A DNA stretch of 49,653 bases from the sequence record PP069513. The stretch is one strand, 5' to 3'. The position numbers and the translations under genes were made by a program. The stretch is from Escherichia phage BUCT-XGG-1. This document shows positions 17,453 through 26,674 of the stretch, piece after piece. The notes beneath the pieces were generated by a model. That model saw only the letters and a program-made list of their open reading frames with translations. It was not told the origin of the DNA and did not search any database. Numbering within the stretch: position 1 is the stretch's first letter; each line of letters opens with the position of its first letter.

Positions 17453-17495
17453 ATTATAGCAAATCACCGCGTTCGTGTTTAGCAAAAAGTGCTAC
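17453..17495 (-). promoter_or_regulatory. box promoter candidate
   Basis: Box GTAGCACTTTTTGCTAAA (17478-17495) containing TAG stop of HNH gene; hairpin CGGTGATT..AATCACCG holding TGCTATAAT (21-bp gap). Confidence 0.5.
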
Positions 17496-17950
17496 CTGCC
17501 ATGCCTTAAAGTAAAATCACCATTCATTGAGATGTATCTTTCCCTTGCCTCTTTCGCTTCAATTGCCGTGTTGAAACTACCAAGGCTTTTCTGCACTCCA
17601 TTTACCTTTACCCTTGCGTTCCATTTACATCTTTGCTTAACAAAAACAACACCTGTGAATCCTGATGTGTTATTTGACTGCATCTTTTTATTTTTATTGT
17701 TGATGGCTCTAGTTACAAGTCTTAGGTTTTCAATCCTGTTATCACTTCTTATTCCGTTAATGTGGTCTATCTCGTAACCTTCTGGTATAGGTCCGTAGTG
17801 CATTTCCCATATAACCCTATGATATAGAAACTTCACATAGTTAAATGAGATCATTAAGTACCCGTTACCTTTCGGTGTTCCGGCAATCTTGCCGCTTTTT
17901 ATCCAGTAAAGGTTGCCGTCTATGTATTTTAATTTCTCATTGAAATTCAT
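17492..17950 (-). CDS. HNH-AP2 homing endonuclease
   Basis: EIDHINGIRSDNRIENLRLV HNH core and AP2-like C-terminal region; inserted between exonuclease and Erf. Confidence 0.8.
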   Translation of the reverse strand: MNFNEKLKYIDGNLYWIKSGKIAGTPKGNGYLMISFNYVKFLYHRVIWEMHYGPIPEGYEIDHINGIRSDNRIENLRLVTRAINNKNKKMQSNNTSGFTGVVFVKQRCKWNARVKVNGVQKSLGSFNTAIEAKEARERYISMNGDFTLRHGR

Positions 17951-18981
17951 AGTATTGACTCAAATTGCTTCATTACCCATGGCGGCGTCTCCAGTTCGAC
18001 TTCCGGCTCGCCATTATTGTATGAAGGCCACACATCATTGGCTTCGCACATTGAAAAGGTGTGAATCACGCTCATGTACTGCGCTCGCCCAATCTTAAGC
18101 TGATCGCCACTCATCCGGTACGCCATAGGCAAGTAAGGTTCTTTCTTCTCCTGGGCCAGCAAGCGCACAACCACAGGTCGCGTTTCCTCAAAGCATTTAA
18201 CGAACAGGTCACGCTGCAATGCCATCTTGAGGTAATATCCAAGGTTGAACGCCAGGCGCGGGAACTCGGTCGGGTTGGCGCTCATTGTCGTTTTGTAATC
18301 AGTGATGACGACGATTTCAGGGTGAATCTCAGGATCGTAACCCATGCGCCGAATTGCTTCTGGATCATTAATGATGTCAACATGGTCAAGTCGCACCTTA
18401 ACTTTAACGCCACATATTACGCCGAACAAAGAATACTCACGGAATGCCGTTTCGCTGTTCATGCAAGCGTTATGCTCAGGAATCATTTCAAGAACCTGGC
18501 GCATACTGACGCAAGCGTCGTAGTCTTCCGCCTTAACCAGTTCCACGCCATCTGCCCACGCCTGACATTGTGCGATCATATCAATCAGCCACATGACGTT
18601 GAGGTCTTCTCCGCAATCAACCATCATCTTGATCAGCTCTGGATATTGCTTGCCGCTTGTACCAGTCAGGCCAAATGATTTTAATTTCGTTGCCAATGCC
18701 GCCTGGCTAGTGATTACGTTTTCAATCTCGCTATCTTTCGGTGCACGGCGATACTGGCGTTCAAACAGTGCCTTACTCTCGAAATTGGTATGCGACTGCG
18801 TACCGAAGACCAGTGCCTTAGTCGTCGAGTTCATTTCAAACTTCCACGCCGCAGGGCAAGTACTGTGGATCTTGCTGAGTGACGAACCTGATACATACTC
18901 GGCGGTCCACTCATCTTTGCTGTGGTAAAAGTCGTTGCTCATTTCTTCTGACGTGAAGTATTGAAACAGTGGCTTTGTCAT
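17947..18981 (-). CDS. PD-(D/E)xK recombination exonuclease
   Basis: RLDHVD ... ITDYKT motif consistent with a PD-(D/E)xK nuclease; partner position to Erf. Confidence 0.55.
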   Translation of the reverse strand: MTKPLFQYFTSEEMSNDFYHSKDEWTAEYVSGSSLSKIHSTCPAAWKFEMNSTTKALVFGTQSHTNFESKALFERQYRRAPKDSEIENVITSQAALATKLKSFGLTGTSGKQYPELIKMMVDCGEDLNVMWLIDMIAQCQAWADGVELVKAEDYDACVSMRQVLEMIPEHNACMNSETAFREYSLFGVICGVKVKVRLDHVDIINDPEAIRRMGYDPEIHPEIVVITDYKTTMSANPTEFPRLAFNLGYYLKMALQRDLFVKCFEETRPVVVRLLAQEKKEPYLPMAYRMSGDQLKIGRAQYMSVIHTFSMCEANDVWPSYNNGEPEVELETPPWVMKQFESIL

Positions 18982-19266
18982 CTCTTTAATCCTCGTTAGT
19001 TGTTGATGCTGGTAACTATACTCGCTTGGTTGCGTTAGTCAAGTGGTTACATGTAGATGTTTGTAATCACGTGTATGCAATGGCGTCAGTTACATAAAAT
19101 GTCTATCCATACCAGCTATAGCTTGATGTAAACAGCTTGTATATCGTGTATACCATTTTTCGCTGAGGGTGCATTAGTGTATGCGTGATTAGATACTGTA
19201 TGAATATACATATTAGAAATTTATAAGCGGAATACTCTATAGAAGTAGTTACACGATATACACAGT

Positions 19267-19345
19267 AATATATATAATAATAATAATTATAGTAGAGGGT
19301 TGATATATATAGATATTTTAATGTAACTATCGCGTAACTAGGCGT
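19267..19345 (+). repeat. AT-rich element, copy A of a two-copy repeat
   Basis: ATATATAATAATAATAAT..GAGGGTTGATATAT..GATATTTTAATGTAAC..GCGTAACT, homologous to 48941-49016; GTAACT/GTTACA iterons around it. Confidence 0.6.
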
Positions 19346-19412
19346 AACTGCGCGTATATCATTTTCCGCGGACGAGATTGTATACATCGAGTTACATCGG
19401 TTACACGTATAC

Positions 19413-19458
19413 AATAGCACAAATAGCTAAAGACTCCGCCGCTCGTTGCATGTATAGT
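19413..19458 (+). promoter_or_regulatory. box promoter candidate (variant AATAGCACAAATAGCTAAA)
   Basis: Box 19413-19431, TGTATAGT at 19453-19458 (23-bp gap), then membrane peptide and lipoprotein genes. Confidence 0.45.
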
Positions 19459-19494
19459 TACTCCATAGAAAGCAAATCACATAAGGGTTAAGAA

Positions 19495-19590
19495 ATGAAA
19501 AACGTAATCATCTCAATAATTTTCGGCGCGGCTGTTACTGGTTTCTTCGTGTGGGTTCTCACTCTTGCTTCTAACTTCAACGGATTCTAA
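19495..19590 (+). CDS. small membrane peptide (31 aa)
   Basis: Unlisted ORF MKNVIISIIFGAAVTGFFVWVLTLASNFNGF; hydrophobic. Confidence 0.3.
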   Translation: MKNVIISIIFGAAVTGFFVWVLTLASNFNGF

Positions 19591-19591
19591 T

Positions 19592-19816
19592 ATGAAAAAG
19601 TTAATTTTGATTGTGGCTGCACTTGCCTTTACTGGTTGTTCATCAATGCCTGAGCGCACTTGCACGGCTGTGTATGAATCAGGCGGTGCAGATTACTCGG
19701 TTTATGTTTTTGGTACGCAGAAACGCGGAGAGGAACTTTTACTCAGGGCTGGATACCCATTCTCGTTTCACTACGTATCTGAGCGTAACTTCAAAGATCA
19801 TGACTGCGGCGGTTGA
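19592..19816 (+). CDS. lipoprotein (possible Cor-like exclusion protein)
   Basis: MKKLILIVAALAFTGC lipobox; small; start taken at ATG 19592. Confidence 0.45.
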   Translation: MKKLILIVAALAFTGCSSMPERTCTAVYESGGADYSVYVFGTQKRGEELLLRAGYPFSFHYVSERNFKDHDCGG

Positions 19817-19820
19817 TTAA

Positions 19821-19845
19821 TAAAAAAGCCCCGAAAGGGGCTTTA
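19821..19845. terminator. bidirectional intrinsic terminator
   Basis: A6 GCCCC GAAA GGGGC; strongest for minus strand after the late operon. Confidence 0.65.
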
Positions 19846-20535
19846 ATCGTATGCGGCTGTGTTAATTGCAGTAATCACATTACCGTTATTCGTAGTGCTA
19901 AGAACTTGACCGCCCCCCATTGTTGACTGGGCGTTTATTCTTGTTCTGCTTCCATCAAACCTACACGATGAGCCAGCTGTCGCGTTAGATATTATTGGTT
20001 GACCTGTTGGTAGTGAGCCAACCCGTATCTGACTGTTGCCAAGTGTGGTAGGAACAACCGCCCAGCTACCATTTAGTGTAACATCTATGTTTAATCCACC
20101 ACCAGAAAATCCAGGCGTACCAACTGTTGTTAAATCACTCAAAACCTTTGTCTCGTTTGTAAGAATTAGCTTACCTTGAGCATCCCATATAGCCATACCC
20201 CACCTAGGAAGGGTTTGAGGGAATATTGCAAAAATATAATACGTCAGAACAAATGACTGATTATTTGGGTTTACGCCCTGAAAGTAAATCTTACCAACGT
20301 TTGCACCGGATCTAAACGTGAATGCTGAGAGTGCTGTGCCATTACTGGTATTTGTCGTTTTGCAAAATGCAATAACTGGCACACCCTGCGGTATGTTTAC
20401 GTATCTCTCTGCATACTGAGTTCTGTTTTTTTCACCAGACGATATTGTGCCTTTAGAGTAAAGGGCGAACGGTGTTGATAAAGGTGTTATAAACGGGTTT
20501 CCGTTCACATCTATAAAAGCTCCATATTCAGCCAT
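19843..20535 (-). CDS. distal tail protein (possible receptor-binding accessory)
   Basis: Last gene of late operon; N-terminus MAEYGAFIDVNGNPF paralogous to 20535..20843. Confidence 0.45.
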   Translation of the reverse strand: MAEYGAFIDVNGNPFITPLSTPFALYSKGTISSGEKNRTQYAERYVNIPQGVPVIAFCKTTNTSNGTALSAFTFRSGANVGKIYFQGVNPNNQSFVLTYYIFAIFPQTLPRWGMAIWDAQGKLILTNETKVLSDLTTVGTPGFSGGGLNIDVTLNGSWAVVPTTLGNSQIRVGSLPTGQPIISNATAGSSCRFDGSRTRINAQSTMGGGQVLSTTNNGNVITAINTAAYD

Positions 20536-20843
20536 TATGATTTCTCCAGGTATGCTATCAAATAGCAGTTTGATGATGGGTACACGTTCGCCCCTGGTGA
20601 TGACGTCGGGGTTATAGTGATCTTATTGCCGCTGGCTACAATCTTTCTTGCTGGTCCGCTTATCGCACCATCATCAAGACTGATAACAAACCCTACCTTT
20701 GTTCCTGCTGGTATTGAGTATGAAAAAGAGTATGAGTTTTTGCCAGCCGAAAGGAAATCAAAACCAACAACACTGACAGGTTTGATACCATAGTTGTTAT
20801 ATTTACCATTTGCATCATATGTAGCAATTCCGTATTCATCCAT
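20535..20843 (-). CDS. distal tail protein paralog
   Basis: N-terminus MDEYGIATYDANGKY similar to downstream gene; overlapping stop/start. Confidence 0.45.
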   Translation of the reverse strand: MDEYGIATYDANGKYNNYGIKPVSVVGFDFLSAGKNSYSFSYSIPAGTKVGFVISLDDGAISGPARKIVASGNKITITPTSSPGANVYPSSNCYLIAYLEKS

Positions 20844-20890
20844 AATTTTTCTCCAATTTAAAAGGCAAGTCCATTTGCCTATGTTATCAC

Positions 20891-23800
20891 TTAGTAAGAG
20901 CCAGTCAAACGTCCGATCTGAACTCTAAGCATACCAGAACCATCTGCAACCGATATAGTTTGGTTTGTTTGTTTCATCTTGCCCTCTCCAGATGTTGAGC
21001 CGTTATTCTCGAATGTACCCCCTTTGTCAAGCCTCCAACCAGTCTGACCTGCAACATAGTTGTTGGACTCAATCTCGTTACCGATTTTTGCGTTGGTAAT
21101 GGAGCCATTCTTGATGAATGCGTCACGCATAAATACCTGCGAACCTTCAATAAGGAACGGGAACTGCGCCAGAGTTCCGCCAGAAATCCTACCGACTGCG
21201 AACCTGTCAACGTCAAACAATACCTGTGCTTTCGGTGCCGATTCGCTGCCAACTAACTGCATACCGAACCCAGCATTGTACTCAACGCCGTCGCGCTTAA
21301 TACCCAGCTTGACGGTGTACGTTGAACCTACCGAACCGTTATCAATCCACGAGTCAAGTTTCTGGCTTACCGTCGCTGCCGCCTGATTCGCCGTGTTCTC
21401 CGCATTACCTGCCGCAGTGTTAGCCGCGTTTGCTTTCGCTTCAACCTGAGTGATTGCCGATGCCCTGGCGCTTGCCTCATCTGCGATTGCTTTATCCACT
21501 CGCGTGATTGATGCCTGAGTCTCAGTTTTTAAATCGCCAACCTGCTTAGTAAACTTGGTGTCGAGTGCCGTAATTGCCTGCGCTCTAGCCATGCTCTCAT
21601 TGGTGATTGCCTCATCCAAACGACCGATGCTTGCGTTAGTCGTAGTGGTAAGGTCGCCTACCTGCTTAGTGAACTTAGCATCAAGCTCCTGTACTGCCTT
21701 CACCCGCGCTTCCGTTTCTGTCGCCACCGCTTCCTTAATGGTAGTGATCTGGCCCTGAATGTCATCACCGATGCTTGCTCTCAGTTCTTCGATTGCAGCG
21801 ACGCGTGCCTCAGTCTCAGTAGCGATAAGTTCTACAGCGTGACCATACTCAGCCTTACGAAGTCCATTCTGTTTCCTGGTCCAAATCAGGTTGTAATCGT
21901 TAGCCAGGGCGTTGTGAATATCCGCCTGCGCCTGCTCCCTGATCTTGTTTGCGCTTTCGATTGTGCTTTCAGCAAGCTCCTTGAAGATCTCAGAGTTTTC
22001 AATGTCAATCTTAACGACGTCCATAATCTGATCCGCATCATCCGAAGCCATACCCCTGACAAAATCAGTCCATTCAGACACGTTACCGATCCTGTCAACC
22101 GATCGGATTCTGTACCAGTCAACGTAACCAGCCGGAAGAACGCTGTGCCAGTATTCGTACTGCGGATAAGGGATCAGCGTAAGCAGTGATGAATCACTAA
22201 CCTGACCTGACGGCGATTGATGCAATTCAATGTAGGCCGTATCCTCTGTTCCCGCTGGCATACCCCATTTCACGCGAATGCCGAATACTTCGTCCGTACT
22301 GGCTGTCAGGTTAATTGGTTTGCCTGGTGCGCCAATCTTGCCTGTCAACCCAACACTCACAACCTCAGACCATGGAGACGCATTCTCTCCGCTTGAGATG
22401 CTCCTTACGCGTACGTGATAATTGCCTGCGTAAATCCCTTCAACCTCGACTTCTTTGTTTGCTGTGCGCGGTACGTTCATCCAGTTGCCATTGTCCTTGC
22501 GCCACTGCACATCGTACTTGCTCGCGTACTGCACTTTATCCCATGAGATGACCATAGTTTCTACGCTCATTCCCTGGACAATCCTTGAGTATGAAGACGC
22601 CTTGATATTTTTAGGCGGCTGCATGTTGTCAGGATCTACAATGCTGGTTGGTCGGTCATCAATATTTACGCCGTAGTCGATTTCGTCGTATTTGTTCGGA
22701 TCGTATTCAACTGCCGTGATGCTGTATGTGAACTCATCATCTCCGTCGCCCTTCGTGATTCCGGTTACAACGTATTGCTGCAAGGCCACATCAGTGCGGT
22801 CGATTGCGAACACTGTGTTGGGTTGAACATCAAAGCCGAATCCAATGTTAAGCTCAATGGTTTTCCCGTCCGCAGATACTTTTGAAATCGTCCGACGCAC
22901 CGGATTTCCGTCAGCCTTGTTCACGATAATGAAATCACCAGCGCGCGCATCGACCTTAAAGTGTGTGAACACTTGCAGGCCTGACACTTCCATTACACGA
23001 CCTGATAACGAAAGCGTCAGATTGCTTGACCAGAAGTTATCAGCGATTGCTACCACGTCGCCAATCATCGGAATCATACCCTCAAGGCCAGTTGCAAAAC
23101 TCACCGTTGTGCTGCGAAGGTTTGTTTTGAGAACCCAGCGGCCCCGTCGATTCGCTTCACTGCGTCGAGTACATCCGATCGCCGTAATGCTTGTCGGGTT
23201 ATGCCCGAAGCGTAACGAAGCGTTAAGGTCGAACACCCCCTCAATGTCTTGGCTGTACATGTTCTGCTCATCGTCGAACGTGACGTTGCATGTTGTGTAC
23301 ATGCTTTTTTCACTTGCGAACGTATAGGCAAATGAGCCATCAACGACGTTATCGTTAGTAAAAATATACGACGCCTCTCTCGGTCGGTCGATGACAATTG
23401 AAAGGCTCTCGCCGTTCCAGAAGCTCATTCCTCGGAATATTGAGCAAATGTCTCGCACAAGATTGTACGCTTCAACCTGAGATTGAATAACTACATCGCA
23501 AAGATAGCGAGGCTCTGTTCCGCCGTGACCGTCTGGCACTTTCTGGTCGCAGTATTGACCAGCGTCATATAGTGACCACTTATCAACTGCAATCCCCAAT
23601 TCACGTTGGTCGAGTCCGTAGCGCTGATTGGTGATCAAATCATAAAGCACCCACGCCGGATTATTTGACCACGCTTTTTTGAAGCTGCCATCCCATGTGC
23701 CGTTATACTCGCGAAGCTCTGGATTATAGTTGCTCGGAACGTTAATGAGCTTCCATTTCTTTTTCGTGCTAATGCTTGGGATCTGCGTGAATAGCTCGCT

Positions 23801-24499
23801 GTTAAACTCGACGTAAACAAGACCAGTCAGAGGGTAACGGAATTTAGCATCAACCACTTCGGCATAAGACTGAATGTTTATCGTATCAACGACGCGCGCA
23901 TCAGTTGAATCAGCCGTAACTCGGCGCACACGCAATAGAACCTGGCTATTGAACGTTGGTAGGTCGATTCGCTTTGTTTTGTCATATCCGCTAATTGTCT
24001 TTCCGTCGATTACGTCCGATAAAACCTCTTGGTAGCTCCCGCCATCAACCGCCATATCTACGGCCCACTTCACGACCACGCCGACCATATCGCCGTTTTC
24101 TTTCGTGGTAACGCCGCGAGGCATCAGGATTTTGACGCGTACGGCTGATAGCTGTTTATTCGTTACCGAGATCACGTAGGGCGTCGTTGTTTTCAATTCA
24201 CGACCTACAGTAAATTCAGCCGCCGTGTCGTTGAAGCCTTTGATGTAATCCTGTGTCTGAGTACCAGGTCTGAACTCAGCCGTTACTCCTTCATAGTTAA
24301 CCTCGCCGGAAGGTGCAATTACAGGAACATCATTAAGATACAAGTCCTTTAATGAGAAATTAGCATCAACCTCGCCATCACTGACAGCGAGTAAAACCTT
24401 AATCTTGTTGATTGAGATCAGGTTATCTTCCATCTCCTGTGGGGTATGCGGCTTGCTGCTGCCACCCTTTCGGCCAGTCACTACATTATTTTTAATCAT
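20891..24499 (-). CDS. tail tip/central fibre protein (lambda J-like host specificity protein)
   Basis: 1202 aa, follows M-L-K-I homologues; fibronectin-III-like segments and imperfect ~35-39-aa repeats (TETEARV, FTKQVGDL). Confidence 0.8.
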   Translation of the reverse strand: MIKNNVVTGRKGGSSKPHTPQEMEDNLISINKIKVLLAVSDGEVDANFSLKDLYLNDVPVIAPSGEVNYEGVTAEFRPGTQTQDYIKGFNDTAAEFTVGRELKTTTPYVISVTNKQLSAVRVKILMPRGVTTKENGDMVGVVVKWAVDMAVDGGSYQEVLSDVIDGKTISGYDKTKRIDLPTFNSQVLLRVRRVTADSTDARVVDTINIQSYAEVVDAKFRYPLTGLVYVEFNSELFTQIPSISTKKKWKLINVPSNYNPELREYNGTWDGSFKKAWSNNPAWVLYDLITNQRYGLDQRELGIAVDKWSLYDAGQYCDQKVPDGHGGTEPRYLCDVVIQSQVEAYNLVRDICSIFRGMSFWNGESLSIVIDRPREASYIFTNDNVVDGSFAYTFASEKSMYTTCNVTFDDEQNMYSQDIEGVFDLNASLRFGHNPTSITAIGCTRRSEANRRGRWVLKTNLRSTTVSFATGLEGMIPMIGDVVAIADNFWSSNLTLSLSGRVMEVSGLQVFTHFKVDARAGDFIIVNKADGNPVRRTISKVSADGKTIELNIGFGFDVQPNTVFAIDRTDVALQQYVVTGITKGDGDDEFTYSITAVEYDPNKYDEIDYGVNIDDRPTSIVDPDNMQPPKNIKASSYSRIVQGMSVETMVISWDKVQYASKYDVQWRKDNGNWMNVPRTANKEVEVEGIYAGNYHVRVRSISSGENASPWSEVVSVGLTGKIGAPGKPINLTASTDEVFGIRVKWGMPAGTEDTAYIELHQSPSGQVSDSSLLTLIPYPQYEYWHSVLPAGYVDWYRIRSVDRIGNVSEWTDFVRGMASDDADQIMDVVKIDIENSEIFKELAESTIESANKIREQAQADIHNALANDYNLIWTRKQNGLRKAEYGHAVELIATETEARVAAIEELRASIGDDIQGQITTIKEAVATETEARVKAVQELDAKFTKQVGDLTTTTNASIGRLDEAITNESMARAQAITALDTKFTKQVGDLKTETQASITRVDKAIADEASARASAITQVEAKANAANTAAGNAENTANQAAATVSQKLDSWIDNGSVGSTYTVKLGIKRDGVEYNAGFGMQLVGSESAPKAQVLFDVDRFAVGRISGGTLAQFPFLIEGSQVFMRDAFIKNGSITNAKIGNEIESNNYVAGQTGWRLDKGGTFENNGSTSGEGKMKQTNQTISVADGSGMLRVQIGRLTGSY

Positions 24500-24534
24500 G
24501 ATGTTTAACCTTTCGTGCGATTTATCGAAGTTTC

Positions 24535-24543
24535 ATTATACAG
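24535..24543 (-). promoter_or_regulatory. candidate sigma70 -10 (CTGTATAAT) upstream of J
   Basis: TATAAT preceded by TG, placed after terminator and before RBS of J gene. Confidence 0.3.
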
Positions 24544-24546
24544 GCA

Positions 24547-24571
24547 CAAAAAAACCCGCGCAAGGCGGGTT
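24547..24571 (-). terminator. intrinsic terminator between I and J
   Basis: CCCGCC TTGC GCGGG followed by T7 on minus strand. Confidence 0.6.
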
Positions 24572-24575
24572 TAAC

Positions 24576-25169
24576 TTAGGCCACATCTTCCGCAACGCTG
24601 TATGCTGAGAACGTTGCTCCGCCAACTGTTCGATACCCGTATGGCACAGGGATCGGGTTTCCTGCTGCGGTAGTGTTTACTGCGCCGCCGAATGCGTATG
24701 ATGGTTTGTTCTTGCTGCTTTTAACCTCCATCTTTGAGCCGCCTTGCTGCGGTGAAATCATCTGCATTACGCCGCCGAGAACCATCGCGCCGCCCATCAT
24801 GAATGCTGATGTTGCGAATGTACCCATTAGCGCCAGCGATGCGCCGCCAGTGTAGAATGCCGCCACCATCATTACCGCGCCTACAACAATCTGGAACATC
24901 CCGCCGTTTTTTGAGCCTGTAGGGATCGGAATAATGCGAACCTCCTTAGCACAAACGAATGCGGCCTCGTCATGCTGACCTACATTCTTTCCGTCAACGA
25001 ATACTGCGAAGTGCATACGTGAGCCGATCTCACTCTGCATGAACTCCTTAAACCCTTCCACCTGGGAGGATAACGCCCGAATTGCTTCGGGGTATGAGTC
25101 AACGTCGAACTTATGGAAAACACCGAATCGACGGCCAAGAGAACCGGATAGCTTAATTGTTTTTAACAT
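24576..25169 (-). CDS. tail assembly protein (lambda I-like)
   Basis: Position after K; Gly/Ala-rich hydrophobic C-terminal half. Confidence 0.65.
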   Translation of the reverse strand: MLKTIKLSGSLGRRFGVFHKFDVDSYPEAIRALSSQVEGFKEFMQSEIGSRMHFAVFVDGKNVGQHDEAAFVCAKEVRIIPIPTGSKNGGMFQIVVGAVMMVAAFYTGGASLALMGTFATSAFMMGGAMVLGGVMQMISPQQGGSKMEVKSSKNKPSYAFGGAVNTTAAGNPIPVPYGYRTVGGATFSAYSVAEDVA

Positions 25170-25888
25170 TTTTCTAAGTCCTTATGTCTGCAAACCATTA
25201 CTGTATGTTCCTGGAACCAGCCTGAGTAAATATCCGTCTTTGACAGCTTACCGAAGGCGTGGTGAAGAATTTGATTGTTTCCAAGGTAAATTCCCGCATG
25301 ATTCCACACTTCGGCCTGTAGCTTCATGATTACCATGTCTCCAGGTTCAGGATCTTTCCCTGTTTCAACGAATCCCTCTTTGATGTAGTTGTCCTGGTAT
25401 AGATTCTCTCCATGCTCAGGCTTCCACCATTCGTAAGGCTTTCGGAAGTCATTCAGGATTAAGCCCTGCTCTTTGTGCCACGCCATCACCAAGCCCCAAC
25501 AATCGAATGAGCCAAGCGACCAGGGCCGACCAATCAGCGGCATAGCTTCTGGATGAACGATTCTCATGTCACCTTCTGGCAGACTTACAATCACCCATGG
25601 CAATTCCATCTCATTCAATACGCATAGGTCATGTGCGCTTGGTAAAGTGGTCGCCCCGTCGCCAGTGTGACTATGGACGATGGCGATCGTGGTTAGGTCG
25701 GCGTCATCCTCAATGCAGGCGTACTGTACAGAATGAAGCTGAAAACCTTTTTCCGGCTCTGAGTGAACGTTGTCAATAGGCCAGTATTTTTGCACTCGGC
25801 CTTTCTGAGTAACCACCCCGCAACATTCATTGGGGTAAACTGATTTTGCATGTTCGAAGATTGCCATCTTAATTTTGCCGTTAATCAT
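25163..25888 (-). CDS. tail assembly protein (lambda K-like; MPN/JAMM + NlpC/P60)
   Basis: HSHTGDGATTLPSAHD JAMM-like motif and Cys...His NlpC/P60-like pair (FDCWGLV, WNHAG). Confidence 0.75.
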   Translation of the reverse strand: MINGKIKMAIFEHAKSVYPNECCGVVTQKGRVQKYWPIDNVHSEPEKGFQLHSVQYACIEDDADLTTIAIVHSHTGDGATTLPSAHDLCVLNEMELPWVIVSLPEGDMRIVHPEAMPLIGRPWSLGSFDCWGLVMAWHKEQGLILNDFRKPYEWWKPEHGENLYQDNYIKEGFVETGKDPEPGDMVIMKLQAEVWNHAGIYLGNNQILHHAFGKLSKTDIYSGWFQEHTVMVCRHKDLEKC

Positions 25889-26631
25889 TGGTTTTTCCTG
25901 TCAAGTGATGCGACCGCGCAGCCGCCGAAATCTAATTCATTTTTGTCGCCAAATCGTAATTTGCAGGCGGTTACCGTTCCTGCGCATACGTCCTGTGATG
26001 GATCAGTTACTGGATTGTTGTCTTTGTCAAACATCCTGCTTCCATTATAACCGCAACCGCGTCCGCTCCGATACCATCCACGCTGCGCCCAAAAGCAAAC
26101 ACTCTGAGTAACTCGCGGCGGGATCATAATGCCATCCATATCGTATGGTGATGTCAGGTCGAATCGCGCAAGGCTCTGATCCACAAAGTTCGGTCGTTCA
26201 ACGTAGTAAACGTATTTTCGGAAGTCACCAGCCGCAACGTTACCTGTGCTGCCTAGCATTTCGCGTGAGGTTATCCAGATAGTCACCTTGGCCTGCATCA
26301 TGCCGTTGTAGGACCGGATAAGCGCCGACACGCGGCTATCAAGGTTTGACAAAGATAGCTGAGGCTTTCCGGCCTTGCCGTTACCATTTAGGTCAATGCC
26401 AGAGATGCCGAAAGGGCGTGCGCCATATTCATTTCCCTGAAAGGTGATTGTTTTTGGCTTAAGGCTTCCGCCTGGTTGTGTCGCTGCGAGAATCTCTTCC
26501 GGCGTAAACTGGATGTTCTCGTTGTGGAATCTGTAGACCTGCGCGCCGAACTTAGTTCCGTCAACGTCAATTAGCGTCATGATCTCACCAGGGAATAGCC
26601 CCTGCAATACGTTTTCAAACTTAGGTGTCAT
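25885..26631 (-). CDS. minor tail protein (lambda L-like)
   Basis: Size and position between M and K homologues; C-terminal Cys cluster. Confidence 0.7.
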   Translation of the reverse strand: MTPKFENVLQGLFPGEIMTLIDVDGTKFGAQVYRFHNENIQFTPEEILAATQPGGSLKPKTITFQGNEYGARPFGISGIDLNGNGKAGKPQLSLSNLDSRVSALIRSYNGMMQAKVTIWITSREMLGSTGNVAAGDFRKYVYYVERPNFVDQSLARFDLTSPYDMDGIMIPPRVTQSVCFWAQRGWYRSGRGCGYNGSRMFDKDNNPVTDPSQDVCAGTVTACKLRFGDKNELDFGGCAVASLDRKNQ

Positions 26632-26674
26632 GTGATTACCTCCAATAAAAAAGCCCCCGTTAGGAGGCTTTATT

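Noticed and set aside
19103-19420. 105-aa minus-strand ORF inside the AT-rich region
   Set aside because: Low-complexity Tyr/Ile/Asn-rich translation of AT-rich repeats, no RBS; region better explained as regulatory.
20891-24499. The 1202-aa protein as the tape measure protein
   Set aside because: It follows the M-L-K-I homologues and has FN3-like and repeat-rich fibre features; the tape measure is the 971-aa gene at 27026..29941 next to the frameshifted chaperone.
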